Below the pieces are notes generated by a model. That model searched no databases. It was not told where the DNA came from and saw only the letters and a list, made by a program, of their open reading frames with translations. A stretch of DNA of 56,610 nucleotides from Oscillospiraceae bacterium (GTDB lineage Bacteria; Bacillota; Clostridia; Oscillospirales; CAG-382): the NCBI GenBank assembly GCA_022508745.1, contig JAFLUP010000004.1:1-56610 (forward strand), written 5' to 3'. Shown here piece after piece: positions 18,168 to 28,953 of this stretch (the first letter of the stretch is position 1; every line of letters begins with the position of its first letter). The position numbers and the translations under genes were made by a program.

Positions 18168-19964
18168 ATGTTCAAAAAACGCTTTTTGCCGGTACTTCTT
18201 TGCCTGCCGCTGCTGGTCGTCGCCTGCTTGCTGTCGGTGGCGCTCACCCTTGGCTCCGGCTCGTCTTCCGTGGCGGGCTTTGAAGGGCTGCGCGGCGATC
18301 TGGACGGGGACGGTGCGCTGACCGCCTATGATCTCACCCTGTATCTGCGCTACCTTTCCGGTTCTGTGTCCCTTTCCGACGATGCATTGGCGCTTGCGGA
18401 CATGAACGGCGACGGCAAAGCGGACGAAGCGGATATGCAGCTCTTGCAGCAATACCTTTCCGGCGAGGGCATCAGCGTAGGTTTGCGGGTCGCTTATGTG
18501 CCGCTGGATAACCGTCCGGTCAATCTGGATCGCGCCGTTTACCTTGCGGCATCCTGTGGGCTTGAGCTGGTCATGCCGGAGGAACACCTTTTCCGCACCG
18601 CACTGGATAATATGGAGCCCAACCCCGACGGAGGCACGCTGGGCAACCGCAAGGCGCTTCTGGAATGGCTGCGGGAAGCGGACAAGACCTGTGACGCCTT
18701 TGTCATCTCCCTGGATCAGATGCTTTCCGGCGGTCTGGTGGGTTCGCGTTGGCTGGACAATACGGATCTGACCTTTGAATATGAGGTCATCGACGAGATC
18801 GCACGTCTGTGCGAAAACAATACCGTCATCCTGTTCGATACCGTGATGCGGCTCGCTTCCACCACCGGGTATCAAGGGTGGGGCATGGAGGAATACAACA
18901 CGCTCCGCTCCTACGGACAGGTGGCGCGCAAGCAGCTGACCGGCAGCGAGCTGACGGTGGAGAACATCATCGCCGGGTACCGTTATGACGCCAACGGCAA
19001 GAAGATCCCGTTCGGCCATACAGATGCCACGCTGAACCGTTATCTCGCTTCCCGCGAACGCAAGTTGCGCATTGCGGATTATCTGCTGCGGAACGCGGGG
19101 GACAAGATGGATTCCCTGTACCTCGGCGTGGATGATTCCTCGCCGGAAGTGACCATCCAGACCAACGAGATCAACTACCTGACCGGTCTGCTGGGGGAGA
19201 AGGGCGTGTTGAGTGCCGGTACCGACGAGCTGGGGCTTTGCAGCCTGACCCGGATGGCGACGCTGCTTTACGGATCGCCGAAGGTGCATGTCACCTATTA
19301 CGGTCCTGGCAAGGATATGCCCGCGGACAGTTGGGATATCGAAACCCTTGGCAACATGGTCGGTACGCATCTGGACTTCCTGAACGTGGTGGAAACAGAC
19401 GACGCGAAAAACGCCCTGCAAGTGCTGATCCTGACGCGGGGAAGCTCCCGGAGCGACCGGCAGTCCCTTCTGGCGCAGGCGAAAAAGAACCTGAACAATC
19501 ACATTCCCACCATGCTCCTTGACGTTTCCCTGCAAGCATCGGAACTCGATACCATGATGTTCTCCGAAAGCGATATCCAGATTGGGATGTTGATGGGCTA
19601 TTCCAGCTGGAATACCGCCGGAAACGCTACCGGTCTTGCCCTTTCCCTGGGGATCTCGCGCTATGCCTATCTGTCCTTCGTCCCGGAATCCACGCCGGCG
19701 GCGAATGAGGCGTTCCTCAAGTCCATGGCGTTTGCCTATATCAAGGATATCAGCTATAAAACGTTCCATGGATCTATCAGCGGGATCATGAATGAGGATT
19801 ACACCTGCTCGGCGCCGCTGATCCTGCGTCGATTGAATACAAGCAAGATTGTTACGGCGCTTTCGCCCTATGGGGAAAGCAGTCATGGGGAAGTCAAAGT
19901 ATCGGGATTCCGTTATCCGTGGAACCGCACCTTTGAAATGACCTTCGATATCGAAATCGGGTAA
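18168..19964 (+). CDS. secreted dockerin-I + DUF4127-family protein (paralogue 2)
   Basis: Same architecture as the upstream gene, with long identical peptide blocks. Confidence 0.75.
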   Translation: MFKKRFLPVLLCLPLLVVACLLSVALTLGSGSSSVAGFEGLRGDLDGDGALTAYDLTLYLRYLSGSVSLSDDALALADMNGDGKADEADMQLLQQYLSGEGISVGLRVAYVPLDNRPVNLDRAVYLAASCGLELVMPEEHLFRTALDNMEPNPDGGTLGNRKALLEWLREADKTCDAFVISLDQMLSGGLVGSRWLDNTDLTFEYEVIDEIARLCENNTVILFDTVMRLASTTGYQGWGMEEYNTLRSYGQVARKQLTGSELTVENIIAGYRYDANGKKIPFGHTDATLNRYLASRERKLRIADYLLRNAGDKMDSLYLGVDDSSPEVTIQTNEINYLTGLLGEKGVLSAGTDELGLCSLTRMATLLYGSPKVHVTYYGPGKDMPADSWDIETLGNMVGTHLDFLNVVETDDAKNALQVLILTRGSSRSDRQSLLAQAKKNLNNHIPTMLLDVSLQASELDTMMFSESDIQIGMLMGYSSWNTAGNATGLALSLGISRYAYLSFVPESTPAANEAFLKSMAFAYIKDISYKTFHGSISGIMNEDYTCSAPLILRRLNTSKIVTALSPYGESSHGEVKVSGFRYPWNRTFEMTFDIEIG

Positions 19965-20003
19965 CCGTATCCTTTTGCGCCGGGGAGAAAGGGGGCACAG
20001 CAT

Positions 20004-22336
20004 TTGATACTTATTATCGCGGAAAAACCCAGCCTCGCGCGCAATATCGCCGCCGCGATCGGGCAGCTGCGCCGCCGCGACGGGTATCTGGAAGGGGAAG
20101 GGTACCTCGTCACATGGGCGTTCGGGCACCTGTTTTCCCTTTGCGATATCGAGGAGTACGCACAGACCCCTTCTTTGCCGGATGCAGCTCCTCGCTGGAC
20201 CATGGACAATCTGCCCTGCTTTCCGGAGGAATTCCGTTTCACCCTGCGTAAAGGGGACGACAAAAAGACGGTGGACGCCGGCGTGCAGAAGCAGTTCGGC
20301 GTGATTACCTCCCTCTGCAAACGGGAGGACGTGGATACCATCGTCAACGCCGGAGACGCGGATCGGGAAGGGGAGATCATCGTACGTCTGTGTGTCTCCC
20401 ACACCGGCGTGGAAGGGAAGCAACACAAACGGCTCTGGCTGCCGGATCAGACGCCGCAGACGGTACGCGCCGCCCTCGCGGACCTGCAGGACGAATCTGC
20501 CTACGACCGTCTGGCGGACGAGGGCTTCGCCCGCACCTATATTGATTGGCTCTACGGCGTGAACCTGACCCGCTATGCCACCCTCCGCACCGGTATGCTG
20601 CTGCGGGTGGGGCGTGTGATCGTGCCCATCGTCAAAGCCATTTATGAGCGGGACATGGCCATTCGCAATTTTGTCCCCGGCGTTTACCTCGCCATGGTCA
20701 GCAAGGAGCAGACCAACGGGGAAACGGTGGAACTGACCTCCAAACAGAAATTTGAATCCGATCAGCAAGCGCAAGCGATCGCGCTGTGCAAGCGCTACAA
20801 CGAGACAGGCGCCGTGGTGACTTCCGTCAAGCGGAAGAAGGACAAGTTGTCCCCCGGCAAGCTGTATTCCCTTTCCAAACTGCAAAATGCGCTGGGCAAG
20901 AAGTACAAAATGTCCATGCAGGAGTCTCTGGACATCGTCCAGAAATTGTACGAAGAGGGCTATCTGACCTATCCCCGTACCAACTCCGAATATCTGGCGA
21001 CGGCGGAGAAGGGGAAGGTGCGCACCATACTGGATTCCTGCGCGAAGCTGGGGTACCCGGTTTGCTTCAAGGATGGGAAAAACATCTTTGACGACAGCAA
21101 GATTGAGTCCCATTCCGCTTTGACGCCCACCTATAAGATCCCGGCGAAAGGTTCGCTTTCCGAGCGGGAAGCGCAGGTGTATGCCATGGTGTTCCGCCGC
21201 TTTATCGCGGTGTTCTGCGCCGAGGACTGCATCGTGGATAAGACGGAGATCACCATTTCCGTGGGCGATCTGGAGGAATTCACCCTCAAAGGCACGGTCA
21301 TCCGGGAAAAAGGCTGGACCAAGTACGACGACCGCAGCCAGAAGGATAAGGTGCTGCCTGCGCTGGAAAAGGGGGATACGGTCAATATCGACTTCCGCCC
21401 GGTGGAAAAGGAAACGTCGCCGCCCCGCCATTACACCATCGAAACCCTCAATAATTATCTGAAAAACCCCTTCAAAGAGGAAAAAGCGGCTGCAAAGGAG
21501 AGGGACGTGGCGGAGGAGGAAGCAGAAGACGACCGCGAGGAATACCGCGCCATCTTCGAAGGTCTGGAGCTGGGAACCGAAGCCACCCGCACCGGCATCA
21601 TCGACAATGCGCGGAAAAGCAAGTATATCGACCTAAAAAAGGACGTTTACACCATCCTTCCCGACGGCGAATTCCTCGTGGAATCCCTGGAAAAACTGGG
21701 AATCGCCATGGATAAATACAAAACCAGTGAGATGGGTCGCGCCCTGAAAGATGTGTATCACGGGCGGATCACCGTTTCCGACAGCGTCCGCCTTGCCCAA
21801 GAGGCCATCTCCGCCGCCTTTTGTGCCTGCGGAACGGAGGGGGATACCGGCTATTTCGGGGATATTCTCGGCGTATGCCCGCTTTGCGGCGGGGAAGTGC
21901 GCCGCATGCGCAGCTTTTACGGCTGCAGCGGCTACCGGGAGGGCTGTAAATTCAGCGTCAACACCCATATCTGCGGGCGCGCCATCCCGGTGAAAAGCCT
22001 GCAAAAGCTGCTGAAAGACGGGGAAACGGAAGTCATCGACGGCTTCCGCTCCAAAAAGACCGGGCAGCCCTTTTCCGCAGCCTTGCGGCTGGATGAGAAG
22101 GGCAAAGCGGTGTTTTCCTTCCCGGATAAAGCACCCAAACCCCATAAAAAGCCGGTGTGCTGCCCGCTTTGCGGAAAGACGATCGTCAAGGGAAAGACCG
22201 CCTATGGCTGTGCAGGATGGAGGGACGGCTGTCGCTTCCGTCTGCCCTTCGAACGGGACGGCCGTCTGCTGACCGACCGAGAAGCGTACGATATGATCGC
22301 GACCGGGAACTTTTCAAACCCGCAGGAGGGCGCCGT

Positions 22337-22340
<4 letters not shown>
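20004..22340 (+). CDS. topB: type IA DNA topoisomerase (TopoIII-like) with C-terminal Zn ribbons
   Basis: IAEKPSLA, AGDADREGE, catalytic TYPRT, LGTEATR, two CPLCG...YGC ribbons; TTG start. Confidence 0.85.
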
Positions 22341-23439
<1,099 letters not shown>

Positions 23440-23443
<4 letters not shown>

Positions 23444-25383
23444 CCAAACTGGAAGTTTTGCGCCGTTTCTACGGCTACGATTCCTTCCGCCCCGGGCAGG
23501 AGCCCATCGTGGACGCACTGTTGGAGGGCAGGGACGTGCTCTGCGTGATGCCAACGGGGGCAGGGAAGTCGGTGTGCTATCAGGTGCCGGCGCTTTTGAA
23601 GCCCGGTGTGGCGCTGGTGATCTCCCCGTTGATCTCCCTGATGAAGGATCAGGTGGGCGCACTGGTGCAAAACGGCATCCGCGCCGCTTACGTCAACAGC
23701 TCCCTGACCGCCGCACAGCAGAGCCGCGTCTTTGCGGGGTTGGCAAGCGGCGCATACCGCATCCTGTACGTGGCGCCGGAGCGGCTTTCCTTGGAGAGCT
23801 TCCGGCAACTCTGCGCCGGATTGCAGATCTCCCTGATCGCGGTGGACGAGGCGCACTGCGTCTCCCAGTGGGGACAGGACTTCCGTCCCAGCTATTTGCA
23901 GATCGCGGATTTCGTGCGCTCCCTGCCGGTCCGCCCGCCGGTTTCTGCTTTTACTGCCACCGCCACCGCCCGCGTCAAGCGGGATATTGAGGAGTTGGTG
24001 GAACTGCGGGACCCCATCCGCTTCACCACCGGCTTTGACCGGCCGAACCTGTTCTTTTCCGTCCGCACGCCGGAGGACAAGGACGCGGAGCTGCTCTCCC
24101 TGCTTTCCCACCGGAAGGAGCAGCACGGCATCGTCTATTGCGCCACCCGCAAGAGCGTGGAGGAGGTTTGCGACTTTCTCTGCGAGCATGGCTTTTCCGC
24201 CACCGCTTATCATGCCGGACTTCCCGCGGAGGAACGGCGGCAGAATCAGGATGACTTCCTGTATGACCGCAAGAATGTCATGGTGGCGACAAACGCCTTC
24301 GGCATGGGAATCGACAAATCCAATGTTTCCTACGTGATCCATTACCAGATGCCGAAAAATATTGAAAACTACTACCAGGAGGCCGGTCGCGCCGGACGGG
24401 ACGGCTCCCCGGCGGAGTGTATCCTGCTGTTTGCCAAACGGGATGTGCAGATCAGCCGCTACCTGATCCTGAACGCCGAACCAAACGAAGCGCTGGACGA
24501 AAAAGAGCAGGAGGAACTGCGTAAGCGCGACCTGTGGCGGCTCAAGCAGATGAAGGAGTACGCCACTTCCGGGGATTGCCTGCGCGGGTCCATCCTGCGC
24601 TATTTCGGCGAACACGCGGGGAAGGAATGTGGGGGATGCGGCAACTGCTGCCGCGGAACGGAGCTGTACAACATCACGCTGCCGTCGCAGATGCTTCTTT
24701 CCTGCGTCGCCCGCACCGGGCAATGTTTGCCACTTGCCGTCATCCGTGACGTGCTTTTGGGGGTCGCGACCGGGGAATTGGAAGCACAAACCACCTTCGG
24801 ACTTCTGAAAGAAGACCCCCCCGCGACGGTGGAGGAGATCCTGCGCTTCCTGATCGGGGAGGGGTATCTGGCGTCCTCCGGAGAAGAGGAGATCCTGGCG
24901 TTGACCGAGCGCTCCGCGGAGATCCTGCGGCAGCGCAAGCCCATCGCCATGCTGCGGCACAACACGCAAAAGAAGCGTGCGGCGGGCACGGCAGAGCAGG
25001 ACGCTCCCGACGAAGGTCTTCTCCGCGCGCTCAAGGAGACGCGTTCCCGCATCGCATCCAAGCGGCGCGTCCCGCCGTATCTGGTCTTTACCGATGCGAC
25101 CCTTGCCGATCTTTGCCGGAAAAAGCCCCGCACGGCGGAGGAACTGTTGACCGTCAGCGGCGTGGGGTTGGTCAAATTGGAGCAGTACGGTTCCGCGTTC
25201 CTGCAAACCATCGCCGCGTACGAGAGCGGTACATCGGACGGGGAACGTCCATGGACGGCCATGGAAGACACGCAACTTCTGGATGCCTTCTATGAGGAAC
25301 GGACGGTTCTGCAAATGGCGCGTATGCTTGCCAGATCCACCTCCGAGATCACCAAACGTCTGCGGGAAAAACATTTGATTTGA
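23440..25383 (+). CDS. recQ: ATP-dependent DNA helicase RecQ
   Basis: FRPGQ, PTGAGKS, DEAHCVSQWGQDFRP, AFGMGID, QEAGRAGRDG, Zn-binding CGGCGNC, HRDC (VPPYLVFTDATL). Confidence 0.95.
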
Positions 25384-25395
25384 GGGAGTGACCTT

Positions 25396-25938
25396 ATGAA
25401 ACTGATGATCGCATCCGATCTGCACGGCTCCATCGCCTGTGTGGAACAACTGATGAAGCGAATGGACGAGGAACAACCGGAAAAACTCCTGTTGCTGGGA
25501 GATCTGCTCTATCACGGACCGCGTAATGCCCTGCCGATGCAGTACGATACTGCCGGCGTGGCGCAGCTGCTGAACGAACGGAGAGAGTCCCTGCTTTGCG
25601 TGCGGGGCAACTGCGACACCGAGGTGGACCAGATGGTGCTGACCTTTCCGATCCTTTCGGATACCTGCCTGCTCCATGTGGACGGACTGACTGTTTTCGC
25701 CACCCACGGGCACCGTTTCCATCGGAATGCCATGCCGCCCCTTTCCCCGGGGGAGATCCTGCTGCACGGGCATACCCATATCCCGGAGAACAGCGTTTGC
25801 GGTGAGAACCGTATCCTGAACCCCGGTTCCGTCTCCATCCCGAAGGGCGGCTCCAAGAACAGTTACATGGTCTACGAGGACGGCGCGTTCCTCTGGAAAA
25901 CGCTGGACGGAAGCGTTTTCGACACCCTTTCTTTATAG
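25396..25938 (+). CDS. yfcE: metallophosphoesterase, YfcE family
   Basis: SDLHG, GDLLYHGPRN, RGNCD, THGH, HGHTH, NPGSVSIPK. Confidence 0.9.
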   Translation: MKLMIASDLHGSIACVEQLMKRMDEEQPEKLLLLGDLLYHGPRNALPMQYDTAGVAQLLNERRESLLCVRGNCDTEVDQMVLTFPILSDTCLLHVDGLTVFATHGHRFHRNAMPPLSPGEILLHGHTHIPENSVCGENRILNPGSVSIPKGGSKNSYMVYEDGAFLWKTLDGSVFDTLSL

Positions 25939-26131
25939 CATATTTGCCGTCTCGCACGCGGGGAATCCGGTCATGGAACTTCCCCGCGTTTTTTGTCCGA
26001 AAATGGCAAAAAACAAATTTTTCTTTTAAAAATCCCTTTATTTTTTGTTTTTAATATGCTATAATGAATATGTTATTTTCGTATGGTAGACTCGACGCAA
26101 AATCGAAATCAACGGGAAAGAGGATGATAGT

Positions 26132-28021
26132 ATGGCAATCGGTACCCTGAATCAAGTTTGGCCGGAGTGGGAACTGGAAAAACAACTGGGGAAGGGCTCC
26201 TACGGTTCGGTCTATCAGGCGGTGCGCAGGGATCACAATGTGGAAAGCCACGCTGCCATCAAGATCATTTCCATTCCTTCCGATGAAGCGGAACTCAACG
26301 CCCTTCGGTCCGAGGGGCTGGACGCCAACGCGTCCAAGATTTACCTGAACGGGATCGTTAACGATTTCGTCAATGAGATCCAGTTGATGCAATCCCTCAA
26401 AGGGATCCAGAATATCGTCAGCGTCGAGGACTACAAGGTGGTGGAAAAAACCGATTCCATCGGATGGGATATTTACATCCGCATGGAGCTGCTGACGCCG
26501 TTCCCCGCTTATGTTCTGGCAAATAAGATGACGGAATCCGAAGTCGCAAAGCTGGGGTACGACATTTGTACCGCGCTGGAGATCTGTGGAAGGCGAAGCA
26601 TCATCCACCGGGATATCAAGCCCGAAAATATTTTCGTCAACGACTTCGGCGATTTCAAGCTGGGGGATTTCGGCATTGCCCGGAAGCTGGAAAACGTGAC
26701 GGGCGGACTTTCCCAAAAGGGAACCTTCAACTACATGGCGCCGGAAGTGGCGAATAGCGGAATGTATGACGCAAGGGTGGATATTTACTCCCTTGGGTTG
26801 GTTCTGTACCGCCTGCTCAATGGCAATCGGCTGCCGTTTCTGGAATCCGATCAGCAGCTTTTGAGCCCGAACGAAAGAAGAATGGCGGTGGATCGCCGGA
26901 TCCGCGGTGAGGCGCTTCCTGCCCCTCGCGACGCTTCCCCTGCGATGGCGAATCTGATCCTTCGCGCGTGTGCGTTCGATCCGGACCGTAGATTCGCTAC
27001 TGCCGCGGAAATGAAGCAGGCGCTTCTTTCCGTGAGCAGCGGTGCGGTTCACACCTTCTATACCGATTGGGAAAGGACCGATCCGTCACCTGCTCCGCAT
27101 GGATCGACGTCCCCCACTTCTCCCACTTCTCCCACCACGCCTCCGTCTCCTACCGAGGATCCCAACGCGACGGTTGCGGTGCGGAGAGCTCGCACGGCGC
27201 CTCCCGGCGCGGCGAACCCCGTTTCGGTTCCCAACGCCTATTCGGCTCGCTCCGCTATGCGCGATTCGGTCGAGGCGCAGAATACCTTCGGCGAAAAGCG
27301 TTCGAAGAGACGCGGACTGAAGATCTTCCTTGTCATTCTGGCGGTCGCGCTTCTGGCGGGCGGCGGCGTCTTTGCCTACTTGAAATTGAGCGGCGGCAAG
27401 AACAGCTATAACGGATTCTACTTCTACTATGAGGGCTACGGCGATTTTGAAATGGATTGCTATGTCCAGCTGTGCGACGGCAAGTGGACCATGTCCCCCG
27501 ATAACCGGTTCGGCCAGGAGTTGACCGGCACTTACACGGTGTCCGGCAGCGACATCACCTTCCACTACGATCTGGACAGATGGGACGATGCCTACGATGA
27601 GATCCTGTACGCCACGGGTGCGACAGGCTCCGGGGATATCGTGCTGTATACCGGCACCATCAAAGACAGAAAGCTCTCTCTGTATCTGGACGATAAGATC
27701 CAAGGGGACTTCTACCGCGACGCCACCACCTCCCAAAACGTGAACACCTCCTTCCCCAACGGCAGCTATTATCAGTACGCCGGCAATCGTTTCTACGGCG
27801 AGAGCTTCATCCGTCTGAACGAAGGGAAATGGGAGAACGGCGCCGGAATAACCGGCACCTATACCCTCAACGGGAATGAGATCACCTTGCGGTACAGCGC
27901 CTACGGCGATTCCTTCATAACCTATTCCGGCACCGTCAAGGACGGAAAGCTGACTTTGACGAAGGTAAACGGGCAGGAGCAGGCAGCACAGGTCTACTAT
28001 CTCGACGGCGTGAAGAATTAA
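26132..28021 (+). CDS. Hanks-type Ser/Thr protein kinase, single-pass membrane, with Pro/Ser/Thr linker and extracellular repeats
   Basis: LGKGSYGSV, AAIK, HRDIKPEN, DFG, YMAPE, DIYSLG; TM IFLVILAVALLAGGGVFAYL. Confidence 0.93.
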   Translation: MAIGTLNQVWPEWELEKQLGKGSYGSVYQAVRRDHNVESHAAIKIISIPSDEAELNALRSEGLDANASKIYLNGIVNDFVNEIQLMQSLKGIQNIVSVEDYKVVEKTDSIGWDIYIRMELLTPFPAYVLANKMTESEVAKLGYDICTALEICGRRSIIHRDIKPENIFVNDFGDFKLGDFGIARKLENVTGGLSQKGTFNYMAPEVANSGMYDARVDIYSLGLVLYRLLNGNRLPFLESDQQLLSPNERRMAVDRRIRGEALPAPRDASPAMANLILRACAFDPDRRFATAAEMKQALLSVSSGAVHTFYTDWERTDPSPAPHGSTSPTSPTSPTTPPSPTEDPNATVAVRRARTAPPGAANPVSVPNAYSARSAMRDSVEAQNTFGEKRSKRRGLKIFLVILAVALLAGGGVFAYLKLSGGKNSYNGFYFYYEGYGDFEMDCYVQLCDGKWTMSPDNRFGQELTGTYTVSGSDITFHYDLDRWDDAYDEILYATGATGSGDIVLYTGTIKDRKLSLYLDDKIQGDFYRDATTSQNVNTSFPNGSYYQYAGNRFYGESFIRLNEGKWENGAGITGTYTLNGNEITLRYSAYGDSFITYSGTVKDGKLTLTKVNGQEQAAQVYYLDGVKN

Positions 28022-28080
28022 AACGATTTGATTGACCCGGAAAACATGCCTTCATCAGATGGATACGAAAGGAGGTCGCA

Positions 28081-28887
28081 ATGGGATATCGCATCGAGTA
28101 CGCGTGCATCAGTCATATAGGGAATTGTCGAAGCATCAATCAGGATAATTTCATCTGCACCGGTCGCTATATGGAACTCAAAAACGACAGCACCGAGTTT
28201 CCCTTGACGGGGCAGGTGCCTGCGAACCCTCCGTCAGTATTTGGTATTTTCGACGGCATGGGCGGCGAGTATTGTGGGGAAGTTGCAGCGTTTATTGCCT
28301 CCCAACGCGCGTCGGAGCTTTCCATCGGGAAGGACGCCGCCGCGGATCTGTACGACTTTTGCATGGACGCAAACGAGAGAATCTGCAAGTACGCGGAGGA
28401 ACACGACGTTCCCTCCATGGGGACGACGGCCGCCATGCTTGCTTTCACCGGCAGCGAGATCGTTCTGTGTAATATCGGGGACAGCAAGATCTTCCGTCTT
28501 TCCGGCGGAAACATGGAGCAGATCTCCAAAGACCATACCGAGATCGCCGCATACGGAAAAAAAGCGCCGTTGTACCAGAATTTGGGGATCCCGGCGACCG
28601 AACTGGTCATCGAACCGTATTTTTCCCACGGGAAGTATCAGGACGGGGACGTTTACCTCATCTGTTCGGACGGACTGACCGACATGGTGACGAACGAGGA
28701 GATACAGGCTACCGTCGAGCAGCTTCCTTTTCAGGAATGTGCCGGGGAGCTGTTGAAAAAGGCTCTGGAGAACGGCGGAAAGGACAATACGTCCATCATC
28801 CTTTGTAAGGTTCAACGGGAGCCCAACTGGATCATGAAGCTCTTCGGCGGCAAGCAAAAACGGGACGCGGCGCGCACCGACAAATAA
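28081..28887 (+). CDS. PP2C/PPM-family Ser/Thr protein phosphatase
   Basis: GNCRSINQD, FDGMGG, MGTT, NIGDSK, CSDGL, GGKDN. Confidence 0.93.
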   Translation: MGYRIEYACISHIGNCRSINQDNFICTGRYMELKNDSTEFPLTGQVPANPPSVFGIFDGMGGEYCGEVAAFIASQRASELSIGKDAAADLYDFCMDANERICKYAEEHDVPSMGTTAAMLAFTGSEIVLCNIGDSKIFRLSGGNMEQISKDHTEIAAYGKKAPLYQNLGIPATELVIEPYFSHGKYQDGDVYLICSDGLTDMVTNEEIQATVEQLPFQECAGELLKKALENGGKDNTSIILCKVQREPNWIMKLFGGKQKRDAARTDK

Positions 28888-28953
28888 GCGGACCGCCGCC
28901 GGAGCGGGATAGAGCATACAGCATGTTATTTTAGGAAAGCGGAGGTAGACGGT

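Noticed and set aside
18072-21431. 1119-aa minus-strand ORF and other long antisense ORFs (e.g. 23407-25779, 28234-30567, 5645-7201)
   Set aside because: They shadow well-supported sense genes, carry no motifs, and are expected from GC-rich codon bias
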